DNA from: Laetmonice hystrix | Lineage: Eukaryota | Assembly (NCBI GenBank): GCA_965235115.1 | Contig: OZ249436.1 | Span: 54,004,001-54,068,000 of the forward strand | Direction: 5' to 3' | Length of the DNA stretch: 64,000 nucleotides | Part shown: positions 24,160 through 36,040 of the stretch, in pieces | Numbering within the stretch: the first letter of the stretch is position 1 | Layout of the letters: the number at the start of each line of letters is the position of its first letter | The notes under the pieces: model-generated | The model's database searches: none | What the model was told of the DNA's origin: nothing | Seen by the model: only the letters and a program-made list of their open reading frames with translations | Position numbers and translations under genes: made by a program

Positions 24160-25896
24160 ATGAAGCCGATTGTAATGGTCGCCATGTTGGCGGTGTCTGT
24201 GTTAGCCTACGTCGTCACAGCCGAGAAGCAGGTACGCCCATTTGCATATCAGTCGAAATGTTTATGGCAAATGACGCCCAATTATTAAAGGCATGGAATA
24301 ACAACTTTCATTGGTCGAATTTGTTATTGTTGACCATCTGATTTCAATGCATTTCTTGAGGTTATAGGCACCTATACCAGGTATTGTTGTCATATGTAGA
24401 ATTATTCCACCGTGGCCTCTATTACAGAAGCCTAGGAGGTAATCTATAGGCCTATGGATAAAACAGAAACAAAAAGAAGTAAGAAAACTTAAAACACAAG
24501 CGAAGTCGATCATTATCTCCAAATGTGGGAACGGAACGGTTGGTCTCTTGGTCATGCATGGCCCGGTAAAATCCCACATCCGATCCGATCTGAGGAACAG
24601 CTACTATTTGGTTGCGGAGAGTATCTATATCAGGTGAATGACATTGAACAGGGCTGTCCAAGGATGCAGCTGCTCTGTGCGCAGCACATCCAAATCTGCG
24701 CTGAACTATATCAACCCAAGCATTGCAACTATTTTGCATGAAAGGGGATGAGAGTAGGCGGCCAGGGTGTTGGAAAACAGACGTCCAAGTATAATCTGTT
24801 CAAATTAAAGTCACTGATCTGAATAACTTTAGCCTACCCATAAAATGTCGTCAAAACAGAGCCACCAGGGCCCGTGTGTGTCAGAGAAACAGTAAAACAG
24901 TAAAACAGCAAAATCACTGCATGCCCTAATGCACCCAGGAAAACTCAAGACAATGCGTGGTAAGAGAGTTTTCACTTGAAATCATGGGTAGGGCATCTCC
25001 AAATCAAAGATGCGTGGGGTATGTTGTTCCAATAGGCTACGAATAGCAACAAATGGACAGCCCTCGCTGCAGTTTCTGAAATACTGACTGCTACACCACT
25101 CATATGTCAAGAAGAGTATTCCGAGCTCTTTGAATTGCTGATGTTGGACAGAAATATAAAATCGAATAAATTCACAATGGAAAAACTTGCTTGTAGCAAT
25201 AACTACGTAAAAAAAATTAACTTGATTCCCAAAATACCAGTTTATTTATTTTAGAAAAACAAGTTCAGCATTCCAGGAATACAATGGTTTATAGAAGCGA
25301 CTTTACAGTAATCCCCACCACACCCCCCAGCCCATTCTCCTACCGCAGCGCCATCTCTCTTCATTCAATGATACAAAGCGCAAGCGACGCGCAAGCGCAG
25401 TATCGCCGGAAGTAGTCAGAGTGCCCCCAGCCATCTCTAGAGGGATGGCTCCACCTAGTGTCATATTTTCTAACTAGGACCATCTTGTGTTATAGCATAA
25501 GAACTAACTTCTAACAACAGCACCGTGTCCGGATGGCATGGCCCCCTCATCGCACAGGAGGACGAAACTGCCGCTTTAATTTGTTTTGTTTTGTATTGGT
25601 CGCAGGGTGACGACAAGGCCATGAAGATACTAGAGACCATCGTAAACAACCCGAGTGTGAACGCTGAGGGTAAGCTGCGTGCCGAACGAGTGAAACGCTC
25701 GGGATCGGCCTCCTCGGTATCGTCCCCCTCCTCGGAATCATCCCCCTCCTCGGAATCAGCCCCCTCCGAGGAATCAGCCCCCTCCGAGGAATCAGCCCCT
25801 TCCGAGGAATCATCCCCCTCCTCTGAATCGTCCCCCTCCTCCAGGAGTCGTCGTCGGAGGGGCGGGCGTCGCAACCGCAGGAGGCGAAGCCGATAA
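24160..25896 (+). CDS. Orphan secreted precursor, ~120 aa: signal peptide, propeptide ending RVKR, (S[SA]PS[SE]E)n block, Arg-rich tail
   Basis: Exon 24160-24231 (ACCATG start; MKPIVMVAMLAVSVLAYVVTAEKQ; CAG|GTACGC donor, phase 0) joins in frame to exon 25606-25896 (pyrimidine tract plus GCAG acceptor). Possible non-coding first exon ~23442-23487 (AAG|GTATTT). AATAAA at ~26155 and ~26446. Confidence 0.72.
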
Positions 25897-26668
25897 TCGA
25901 TTCCGGCTGGATCCCAGTTATTACGGTTGTTCGAGGCGCAACGCGGAACAACGCGGAACAAGTTGCACACTCCGGACAGAGTTCGTTCCTCTCGTTCAAT
26001 GGAGCGAGCTCCTCTACATTACGGGGGATTGCATCCGTTACCAATAACACGACCGTAGGCCTACTATACGGGAGAACGAAAGTGACATATCCAGTGGACG
26101 TAGGGGTGCACCCCCCCCCCCACCTTTTGCCCACAGCAAGAGCAGGTTTGCCTTAATAAAAAAAAAAGAAACACTTTAGGGGAAACCCTTTGGAATTATA
26201 GACTGTTGAGACCTTGGCTACAGCATGTGGCATCAATGTTTTGTGTATGATTAATATTTTACACGTTAAATGGCAAAAATAATATTTAATTTAATCTTCG
26301 ATTATTGAATTTGAGGGATCAAATCCTGGATCCGCAAGATGTCAGTATCTTATTTAGTTTTCTCTAGTTTTCAGAATTTCCCCTATTTAATGTAACCTTA
26401 CTGCCAGGTTGTGAGGTAATTGTGGTGTAAAACTTTCAGAAACTAAATAAAAAAATGTGCACGACTACTGCTGTACCATTGATTTTGTTTCAACCAAGTC
26501 CTGGGATGGGTTTGATCCCCCCTAAAAAGAAAGAAAGAAAAATACCGGCAGGCCTTAGGCCCTATAGGGCTAATAAATAAAAAAGGAAACAATTAAAAAG
26601 AGGAAATATCGGCCTAGGCCTAATTGTTCTTAGAAGGACAGTCGGCAGGACCCTTTCCTCATATTAAT

Positions 26669-26785
26669 GGGGGTGGGGGTGGGGGTGGGGGTGGGGGTGG
26701 GGTGGAGGTGGGGGTGGGGGTGGGGGTGGGGGTGGGGGTGGGGTGGAGGTGGGGGTGGGGTGGGGGTGGGGGTGGGGTGGGGGTG
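26669..26785 (+). repeat. (GGGGGT)n G-tract array, ~117 bp
   Basis: About 20 consecutive G4-5T units. Confidence 0.92.
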
Positions 26786-27115
26786 AGGTTCTCATAAACC
26801 GATGGCCGCAGGATAAAAAAAAAACAATGAAAGTTCAGATCTATTTATCCTATCTCTATTAGGCCTACATCCAAACGTTGCCAATGCACAAGTTATATGA
26901 AGTCGATGAGACTGGAACGTTTAATCTATACATCACATATGACGGCTGATTACCGTCTACTGGTACATCGATATAATGTAGTACCACAATCCCTCGATAT
27001 CAATCTTTCCAATATAATAACAGACCCACTACATGTATACTGCCATCTCGCGGTCTGTATGGAACTAATCATTGAAGCCACTAGAGGCGCTGCTCTCGCT
27101 GCTTCAACTATTTAT

Positions 27116-28860
27116 AACTAGAAATTGTTCAGTCCGAACAGGACGTCTCCCCTTTTTTAAAGTAATGACATCATATAATTTTTGAGAGGACTAATTAGTA
27201 TGAAAGTAGTGTGTTGCAAAAGCAATGATATGGCTATGGCAGATTTTCTATGCGAAAGAAAATATATAGGCCTAATAATAGTCGTAGCGGTATGTATGAA
27301 GGAAGGTATGTATGTACATGTATGTGGGTAGGGGTGTGGGTGTGTGTGTGCGATGTGCCAGCTGTGGTAAAGGAGTTGGTGGTTGTTGGTGGAGCGTGGA
27401 AGTGTTATGTAACTCAGTCAGGTGGCCAGGAGTATGGCGGGGGTTGCCGGGCACTGAGAACACTGAACGACCCCTGAACGTGCCTTGACTCACTCGGAAC
27501 ACCGACGCTGCTTCTGATTGGCTGTTTCTAGGTGGCCTTGACTGCGCGGTTGTGGGATCTGCGGTGGTGGGGGACGGGCGGCCGGCCCACGAATTTTTTT
27601 TCCCACATTAGTTCCGGACCCCATTCTAGCTTTCATTGGCATACAGCCAATCAGTGAACGCCAGACTCTATCGCTCGCGATATGGACCGAACAGTGTCAG
27701 TGAATGTTTCTTATTGACACAGACATTAAGATCCACTGCTCAATTAGTGCCTATTTAACAATAATTTTGGGCTAATATGAAAACCAACACTAACCCTAGG
27801 CCTAACCTTTAGCCTAACCCAAACACACTGTCTCGCATCTCGCATGTCGTCGCCGGTATTCCATAGCCATGTGTGTGCTTGTTTCTGATTGGCTGTATGA
27901 TAATGAGAATCCAGAACTAATGTGGGGAAAAAAATTCGCAGCCGCCCGTGTAGGGGTTTGGGGGGGGGGGGGAGTTACCACGGCTGAGAAGGACGCCTGA
28001 CTGGGGGTTGGCGGGGGTTGGCGGTTGCCAGGGACAACGGCAACAGGTCACAGGCCGTGGGAGCGGGCCCTGGGGAGTTGTTTACCGTTACGCGACCGTT
28101 TATGGAATGGTCCACTTCTAGGCCTAATAAGTCGGAAACTATTAACTGTAGAGAAAAACACTTAAAAGCGGTTGTAGGCAAAGACCTGGAGATTCTTCTC
28201 CCCCAAGTTTCATAAAGATACGGTAAGGGGTTTGGGAGATATAAAAGGCTTCTCTAAGGTTGGCACGGTACTGAGGTCAAAGGTCATGAAGTGCTAAAAA
28301 TAGCAAAATCCCGAGAAAATATCCACAGTTGTCTTTTCCCCAAATTAGGACTTTCTAGCCCCGGTAGTTTTTGGGCTGATGTCAAGTAAGCGCCCAACCA
28401 CTTCGAAAATGTTGAAGGTCACACAGAGGTCATTTGGGGTCACACGAACGTCTCCTCCGGGAAATCTAAATTTGGCCCTTAGATGACCCTGCTGACCAAA
28501 TTTGATGTTATTCCAGCCAGTATTTTTCGAGTTATGGCTTTGGCAAAAAAATGGCACGTGCCATTTTTTTTAGATCAGCCGCCATCTTGAAAGTTCTAGG
28601 TCAACCAAACTGGTTTTCGAACTTGTCCAAGCCCCGGCTGAAAGAAGGCCGACATACCAATTTTGGATCGATTCACGCTATTTTTCTCGCGTTATCGTGA
28701 TCACAGCACAAGTTGGCACATTCGTGCCACGGAAGAGGTCAAAGGTCAAATGGCACTATAATTAGAAACAAAGATTTTTCAGAAGGTTCTGTTGGGGCAT
28801 TTCAAATTTGATAACTCCCTCTCTAACAGTGGCCGAGTTATTACAAAAAGAAGGAAATAA

Positions 28861-28903
<43 letters not shown>

Positions 28904-28959
28904 CGGTCAGAAACAGCGTGCAAAACAAAACGTCTCCCCCAGCTGGGGGGAGACGTAAT
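27116..28959 (-). mobile_element. HINE family A, copy 2 (same orientation as copy 1)
   Basis: Colinear with 17724-19478 and has the same termini (AACTAGAAATTGTTCAGTCCGAACAGGACGTCTCCCC ... ACGTCTCCCCCAGCTGGGGGGAGACGTAAT). Confidence 0.82.
27589..27943. mobile_element. Inverted-repeat element present only in HINE-A copy 2
   Basis: CGAATTTTTTTTCCCACATTAGTTC at the left is the inverse of GAACTAATGTGGGGAAAAAAATTCG at the right; central TAACCC-like motifs; absent from copy 1 at ~18480. Exact ends and TSD are ambiguous. Confidence 0.75.
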
Positions 28960-30015
28960 TAAGGATGAAAAGATCTATGCCTATGTATAAAGGAACACCC
29001 CCAAGCTTCTGGGAGAAATTTCAGTAATAAAATCAGCGTGTCTCCCCGTATCTTTAATTAAAGCGAAAACTTCACAGGTAAGTTTTTGCATATCTATGCC
29101 ACTCGTATCAGGCCGATAGGTGACGCACCTGAATTTAATAATTTAAAGTCGTACACCTGTTTTCCATTTTATTTAGAATCAAAAGCTTTAGAAAATAAGA
29201 CTTCTTCGGTTCTAATATTAATTTCGACGAATTCTTCAAATCGTACAGTCTAGTTATTACCAAAACGTTCGCTTCGTCGGCAATGTCCGCTGCATGCGTG
29301 ACCGAAAGAGGTCGATTTCCGATCCGCGAATGGTTTATCCGCCCAGCCACCTCCAATTACGGCCTGATAATGATCCCGTTCTGTTCCACCCGAGTGGCAT
29401 GGTGCGGTCCCTATAATCTCAGACGTTTACTTTACTTTCCGTGTTTCGGCCCGTCGCTTGCCCATGGTGGACACGATCCCCTGGGTCGGCATCGTGCACG
29501 ACATCCGTAACGGGGAACTCTGGGGAGTGATGCAGTTCTCAATCTCTGCATCTCACGACAATCACAATCTGCCATTCGTTGATGATAATCGTGTCGCTTC
29601 CAGAGGACATGCATCAAATTCTGGCGCAGCACCATTCGTTAAAACAGAAAAGAAATATAGGCTATAAGATTATCCTAAATGAATTTTCTATGTAGACCTT
29701 TTCTTTGGAGGGACACATTTTTATTTGGAAACATGATTAAAGAAGAAATCCGGATTGGCCTAATTAGGCTATATGGGCCTATGTTTTACAGATCTGTTCT
29801 GTTCCAACGGGTGTCGCATGCTAGCTTTATTAGAACTTTTCAAGAAATTCATATTCAATTTTTATTTCCACAACAGCAGCCACCAAAACACTCTTTAAAC
29901 AGTGACCATTTTCCTATTCTTTTCCAATTTATTACGAGGTTTCTGATGGTAAAACCAAAGTATAGACCTGTATTAGGGCCTGAGATCCAGTGTGATCTAT
30001 ATACTTTCAATGAAG

Positions 30016-32036
30016 TTAAAACCGTGATAAAATATGAAGTTGTGAAAATCTGACAATTGTTTGTGTTGATGTCCTTTGGCAGTTCCGTAGAATGTCATCA
30101 TATTTGAGGTAGCTAGATAATGCTGGCGGAAGTCCTGCTTCTATCCGGGTCACTTCTGCAAATGGCATGTTTCGAAGGCAACGACGAAAAACGATGCGAC
30201 TGATTTGCATGAGACGCATCGGCGAGCGTAAAGTTCTATGACACCACTCGACACATTGTGCCTGATTTGATGGCTTATTGAAAACAACCCGTCTACGTAA
30301 ACATTGCCAAAGAGGCTCCAATGTACAACCTGCACTGATCAAAATATCTGCAATGTCCAACTGGCCACGTCGCACAGCTATTTCAAGGGAGGAGCAGTTG
30401 TTCAAGTACATCGCACCCAAGCGACATTGTCCACGCGCACTGACGTCACAGTTGGCGCGAACTAGCAGCGTCACGAGCGCGGGATCGCCGTAAAGGCAGG
30501 CGTCCACTAACGGCATGTTTCCGTCACAATCCGTCACATCTGGACACGCGCCTTTCAGGAGCAGCTGAAAAACGAGATCGGAAAGATTTAGTCTGCAAGC
30601 GTGGTGAAGCGCAGTTCTGTTATTCCTGTCCGCGATGTTTACCTCAGCGCCTCCGCCAAGCAATGGCATGGCCGTGCTGGGGTTGCCATATATCGTGGTC
30701 ATTAACAGAGGCGTTATGCCCCAAATGTTAGGAATGTCAACGGCAGCGCCAGCCTTGAGCAAGAGGTAGGCACATTCGGGTCGGCCATGACGGGCCGCGT
30801 AGTGGAGCGCTGTGTCGCGTTCTTGGCCACGTTGGTGTACGTCACAACCAGCGTTCAGAAGGATTTTGACGATACGCGTGTACCCTCGAGAGATGGCCAG
30901 CATGAGTGGGGTGTCGCCGAAACTGTCGCGAGGGTCCGTAAAACAGTCGTGTCGAAGTAACAGCCGGGTCAGTGTCGTCCTCCTGTTCCAAACAGCCACG
31001 TGTAGGGCGGTGCGACCTTGGTCGGACGTGTGGTCGAGGTCACATCCGTGCTCGATCAGCAGGTTTACAAGGTCTGGAGGACATTATGGAACAGATATTT
31101 TACTTAGGCCCTGTAAGGAAAAGTGACGACCTTCATGATATTGTCCTGTCAGAAACATAAGGTGCAAGTAGGCCTAACCTATAGACTACTGGTTACTTTT
31201 GACATAGGCCTAGGCCTAAAGACCAACTTATAGGCCTACTAATAGGCCTAGGTCTACCATTTATTTTACGGGGTTACCCTATACCGAATACAAACTTCTA
31301 TAATTTGTTCAGGGCCTCCTATATAGGAAAAGTTGCGTTTTGAAACAAAAGACTCCAAATCAGCAAATCTGTCACGAATTATGAACTTGTAGCCTATTTC
31401 TCATGGGACGATTTGAGAAGCCATTAGGCTATAGGTTATAACTGTCCTAGAATTTTTATAAAGGAGGGGCTTCACTTCATCAGTTGTGTAGACCCGTTAT
31501 GTTTACAAATCGAGAGCATGATTTATGTAACTTGTAAGAGTATTGAAACGTGTTACAGTATGAAAATTATAACTCCGAATTTAATAAATACACTGGTCTA
31601 TGCATTTGGGAATCTGAACAAAGCAAGTGCAAAGAACAGTGCAAAGAACTGTTAGTCCGATGTGTTTGTTCTTCTGACCGAAGAAGTAGTTATAAAGATA
31701 GCCCTATTCTTCCTAGTTCTGGGTCCTAGTTCTGGCACTATAATTATTACAGGCCAAGGTCTTCCTTTACACGGGCTACGATTGAAATATTAGTATATTG
31801 GTTGTATTTTTCGGTGAGTTGATCCAAATATTCCACGTCTAACCTAAACACTTACCAACGTAATTTCTCAAGGTGGCAAGATTGAGTGGTGTAGTTCCTT
31901 CTGAATCTTCACAGTCAACATCTGCGCCTGCCCGTAGCAACTTCTCACACAGTTCGACCGTTCCCCGACAGGCGGCGCGCAGGAGGGCATCGTTGAGCTG
32001 GTCGATGTTTGAAGGTTGGATTTGATTCGGTCTCAT
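30016..32036 (-). CDS. Ankyrin-repeat and SOCS-box protein (ASB-like E3 substrate adaptor), ~412 aa
   Basis: Exons 32036-31856 (GCCATG start, phase 1) and 31073-30016. About 8-9 ankyrin repeats (GTTPLNLA, GRTALHVA, GDTPLMLA, DTALHYAA, GITPLL, NRTALHHAC, GNMPLVDAC). C-terminal PMRLMQISRIVFRRCL...LPPALSSYL fits a SOCS box. Confidence 0.88.
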
Positions 32037-33966
32037 GGCGAAACACCCCGGGCCAGGATAGGCCTACAATCGTATTTTTTTATATTAATTCGGATGTACG
32101 GTTGTGGGCAATGTCAAATCCTTCAACCCGACGTCATCTGCGGAAGTCACCAAAATACGATTGGGCATGGGTTTTCAGATACTCCACACAATACAGTCTA
32201 CGGCCTTTTTGTAGGCTATCGTAAAATGAGGAGAGCTACCTTAATGTATTTTTCAATACATATAGGCTACATAATACAATTTTCTAATGCATTTATCTCA
32301 GTTTCAATATTAAAATTAGGCTACATAATGCACCTAGCACATGGTAGTCGGAATTTCCCCAATAGGCCTATATAGGCCTAAGAAAAAATGGTTAAATGCA
32401 TTTCAACCTTACTCATCACTGGCAAAGTATCCTGTACCTTATTAGTGTTTCAGAAGGTTCCACTACGATCAGGAACTTGTGAGTCCGAGGCTCTCGACGT
32501 CAGCATGCAGTAGGCTAAAGGTTTTGCCAAGGCTCTGAGAGACTGAAAAGATAACTCCTCAACGAAAATCCAACAGTTCGTGTCAGCAAGTTCGTTGCCA
32601 TGACAACAGTAGATTGCCCTATAGATAGTAGGAACTTTAAAACTTACTCAGACGCGTGAAACCTTCAGTCGGAATCACAGATTAGACTTTAGGTTATAAG
32701 TAGGTCGAGTGCAGGGCCCTACTCTGAACGACTGGCATTAAAAATGGACTTTAATGTGCTAACACTGCCCTTTACTAACTTATCTTTTGTAACTCGGAGG
32801 TCATGGTAGGCTAGAGTTACCTGTGGTTGCTCCAGTGTTTATAGCCCTGCCTCGTGTTGTCCTGACTGCATGGACTGGAGTACGGGTATATGAACTTGGG
32901 CGCGGCTCGTGTGTAGAGTCTGTCCGTGTCCGTAAACAGGATCAAACACAGGATGTGTGAAAAATATCAGATCCCGCTATATCTATTAGCCATAATATTA
33001 TGTAGGCTCTATAACTATTGGGAGAGTGAGGGCAAATATAATGGAGGAGAATGCCGTTTTGTTGGGGTTTGATAATCTTGATCATTATCCTCGAGCTCTA
33101 GACTAAATAATTATAATAACATTGAAAATTGAGGGGGGGGGGGGGGGTTGACAGGCATGCCCTCCATATGTAGACTCTATAACCTATGGTAGTATGGAGT
33201 CGAGTCATTATTATAGTGACTATCTCGGGAAGAGTTTTAAGAACTAAACCAAAATATATACATACCACGACCTTCACCGTGTATATACCCGAGCCATATA
33301 GTCCGTCTGCAGCTTGCAGTCGTGGTCATTCATGTTTATACACAGCAGGAGGATATGTTGTGGCTGGCGGCCGTGGCTGTGTGGTGTGTGCACGATGACG
33401 TCATTATGTTGTCCAACACATCTGGTTGGATGGAGGGCCAGTGAGTAGGGTATAGGTTAGAGAGAGAGCGATCGAGAGAGAGATGTGAGTTTGATAGGCC
33501 TACTTAAACTCTATAGGCCCATGCACTCATAGGCCCACTGCGTGTGTGCATATAGGCCGAGCTTACCTGTGGAAAAGTACCGAGTTCTGTCAGCATCTCA
33601 GGATGTTAACACAGGGATGCTTTCTCGCACTAAGGCAGTTCGATATGTAGCCCTACACTTCCTGTCTGCGCCGACTATTTATCAACGCCCGCCACTGCCC
33701 AGTATAGATGTGGGAACTCGTGATGTATTTCTGGTCCACGACCTGTAGCTTATATTCTTGGTTCAGTCGGGGACGAAGGGTCGTACGTAGCTCCGGTAGC
33801 CTATATGCTTACGGGTGCAGGAGGCAGGCTTGCAGTTTCTCCCCTGTACGTAAGCCAGCTAGCCACCCTATACCTGTCTACACACAAAGGCAGGCCCGTC
33901 CTTTCCTCCAAGCCCCATAGCGTATCTTAGATATATCGGGTGGGCCTAAAAAATTTGGAACACTTC

Positions 33967-34193
33967 TCATTCCCTCGAAATACGTTTCGTTATCTCGAAA
34001 TCTGGAACATTAAACTGGGGAGGGGGGGGGGATATGGGGATTTCGAGAGAACGAAATGTATTTCGAGGTAACGAAATAGATTTCGAGGGAATTAAATCTT
34101 TTTGGAGGGAACGAAATATATTTGGAACGATCGAAATATATTTCGATGGAACGAAATAATATCTCAGCATTCCATTTAGGGGCTCGATCCGTA
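33967..34193. mobile_element. DNA-transposon fragment with ~22-bp subterminal repeats (TTTCGAGGGAACGAAATATA-like)
   Basis: At least 5 tandem ~22-bp units plus inverted copies near 33970-34000; ends ...TAGGGGCTCGATCCGTA. Confidence 0.55.
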
Positions 34194-35278
34194 CTCTAGG
34201 CCTATGAGGGAAATAACCATTATATTCGATAGAACCAGTTATTTTATAGGCCTATTAGGGCGTACATCCAGAAATTGGTTGGGGGGGGGGGGTCCTAAGT
34301 TTAGTACTTCAGAGATGCAATAATGCAATCTTAGAACGTCTTGTTTGGAAATATGAAGATTTCCTTTGGTTAAAATAAAGCACTTTTTACACTCCTGCTT
34401 TACAAAAATGTCCTTAAAGGTAATCGATCACCCTACGGCCGCCGAGTTTTGTCCCCATCTCCTACGAATCCGCGTATTTCAAGCTTACCTGATCTTGAAT
34501 CTATCCCATTGGACTGATAAAACATTCTGTCGTATCCATAACATTGTTGTGCTAGGTCTCTTGTTGATTATGAGCCATAATGAGGCGATACATCCCATAT
34601 TGTTCATTTCAATGGACTGAGAACCGAGAACGACCGCCATGACCGCGTTAGCATTGTTAGGTCGGTTGTTACTATAACGGGATTGGGCGCATGCGTTGCC
34701 TCGCACTGCTCCGCCCGCCCTCCCCCCATAATCCAAATAAGGGCATGATTTGATTCGCATGCTCTCGTCTCTAGCCAAATAGGTAAACGCTTAATTAATT
34801 AATTAAAAATATTGTCGATATGGACTGCTAGAAACCTTAAAATAATTGTTTTTACTCAAGTTTTGTTGAATTGACTGCGTTTATTTCAATTTTCGGACAT
34901 ATTTCCTTTAATATAGTAATTTTTTCAAGGAGGGGGGGGGGGGGGTCCGGGATACTTGAAAATAAATCGTCCATTTAATAACGTACATGGTTAGCTCTAG
35001 AAACATTATATATATATACAGGCATAATTAACGCCTACCTTAAAGCGTTTTTCAGATGCGGCTGTCTCGAAAATATTGCTGTTCTATTCCAAACAATCGT
35101 GTGGCGTTGTCGTTAGCCGTTTTTCTCGTTTCAGATTATGTACACACACCATATGTATACCAAGATTACGAAGTCCCTTCATCAAAACCCAGGTCATCAA
35201 TACATTTTATACAGTGTAGATATTCGGAAAGCCATCGCCACCAAAGGAACACTTATGTAGTTTCCTCGTATGCAGAAT

Positions 35279-35734
35279 CTAATATCTTTCAAAAGCCTCA
35301 TTGTCATGGGAAACGTCCACTGGAGGCACGGAGGCAGTAAAATCAATGTCGTCTCGTCTTGGTTGCTCAATCTCCATGATATCAGGAAGCCCTGCATCGG
35401 AGCACATTTGCTCAAGGATGGCATCGCCGTACTGGTCCATTTCAGCCAGTGTTGACGGACCATACACGTTGGGGTCCTGTTCAACACTGAAGATTGCTAC
35501 CTCTTCAGCAGTCCCCTTTCTTTTGTAGTAAATTACGAGGAAAACCACTGAAGCAATTAAAATTAGACCACCAACTCCAAGAAGAATAGGCCCGATGATT
35601 AGAGTTGGTTCCACGGGACCTGGAGATTTCGTGGTGTACGTTCCATAAATAGTAATCAACATTCCAGGTACACTTAACACTAACCCTACTACCAAACATA
35701 TGACAGAAGTATGTGCGAGAGTCAATAGTTCCAT
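35279..35734 (-). CDS. Uncharacterised small two-pass membrane protein (151 aa) with an acidic C-terminal tail
   Basis: ATG-started single coding exon; hydrophobic segments VICLVVGLVLSVPGMLITIYG and IIGPILLGVGGLILIASVVFLVIYY followed by a KRK stop-transfer; probable 5'-UTR acceptor TTTTCAG near 35868. Confidence 0.75.
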   Translation of the reverse strand: MELLTLAHTSVICLVVGLVLSVPGMLITIYGTYTTKSPGPVEPTLIIGPILLGVGGLILIASVVFLVIYYKRKGTAEEVAIFSVEQDPNVYGPSTLAEMDQYGDAILEQMCSDAGLPDIMEIEQPRRDDIDFTASVPPVDVSHDNEAFERY

Positions 35735-36040
35735 TGGACTATAGAATTAGAAGACAATTAATTATCTCTGTTGATGAAATGGTGCATTGTATCCACCAAT
35801 AGGGATGAGTAACTTATACACGTCGGTGGTTCAGTTGAAGCCATTCATTGCAGGAGCGAAGAGGGTCTGAAAAACAGGTTATAGTGCAATAATAAAACCC
35901 GCATAATGGTGGAGTGCCGTATTCATGCGACAGGCATCGAGTTCCATACTTTCCCACCGTGAAGGACCCTCATCCCGTTAAGTTTTTATTATTAAGCGCT
36001 TGGATTATTTCTCATTGTAAGAAAACAAGTAACATTAAAC

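Noticed and set aside
25470..26134. Minus-strand ORFs with EEGDDS/EGADSS or RRGLIP repeats
   Set aside because: Antisense readings of the 18-bp repeat. Only the plus frame has a splice acceptor, a matching signal-peptide exon, a furin site and poly(A) signals.
27790..27820. Telomere-like TAACCC motifs (also near 17490-17560 and 48470)
   Set aside because: Few and degenerate, and mostly within repeat-derived DNA; not a telomeric array.
29458..29667. 69-aa ORF MVDTIPWVGIVHDIRNG...
   Set aside because: Short, no recognisable motif and no convincing splice sites.
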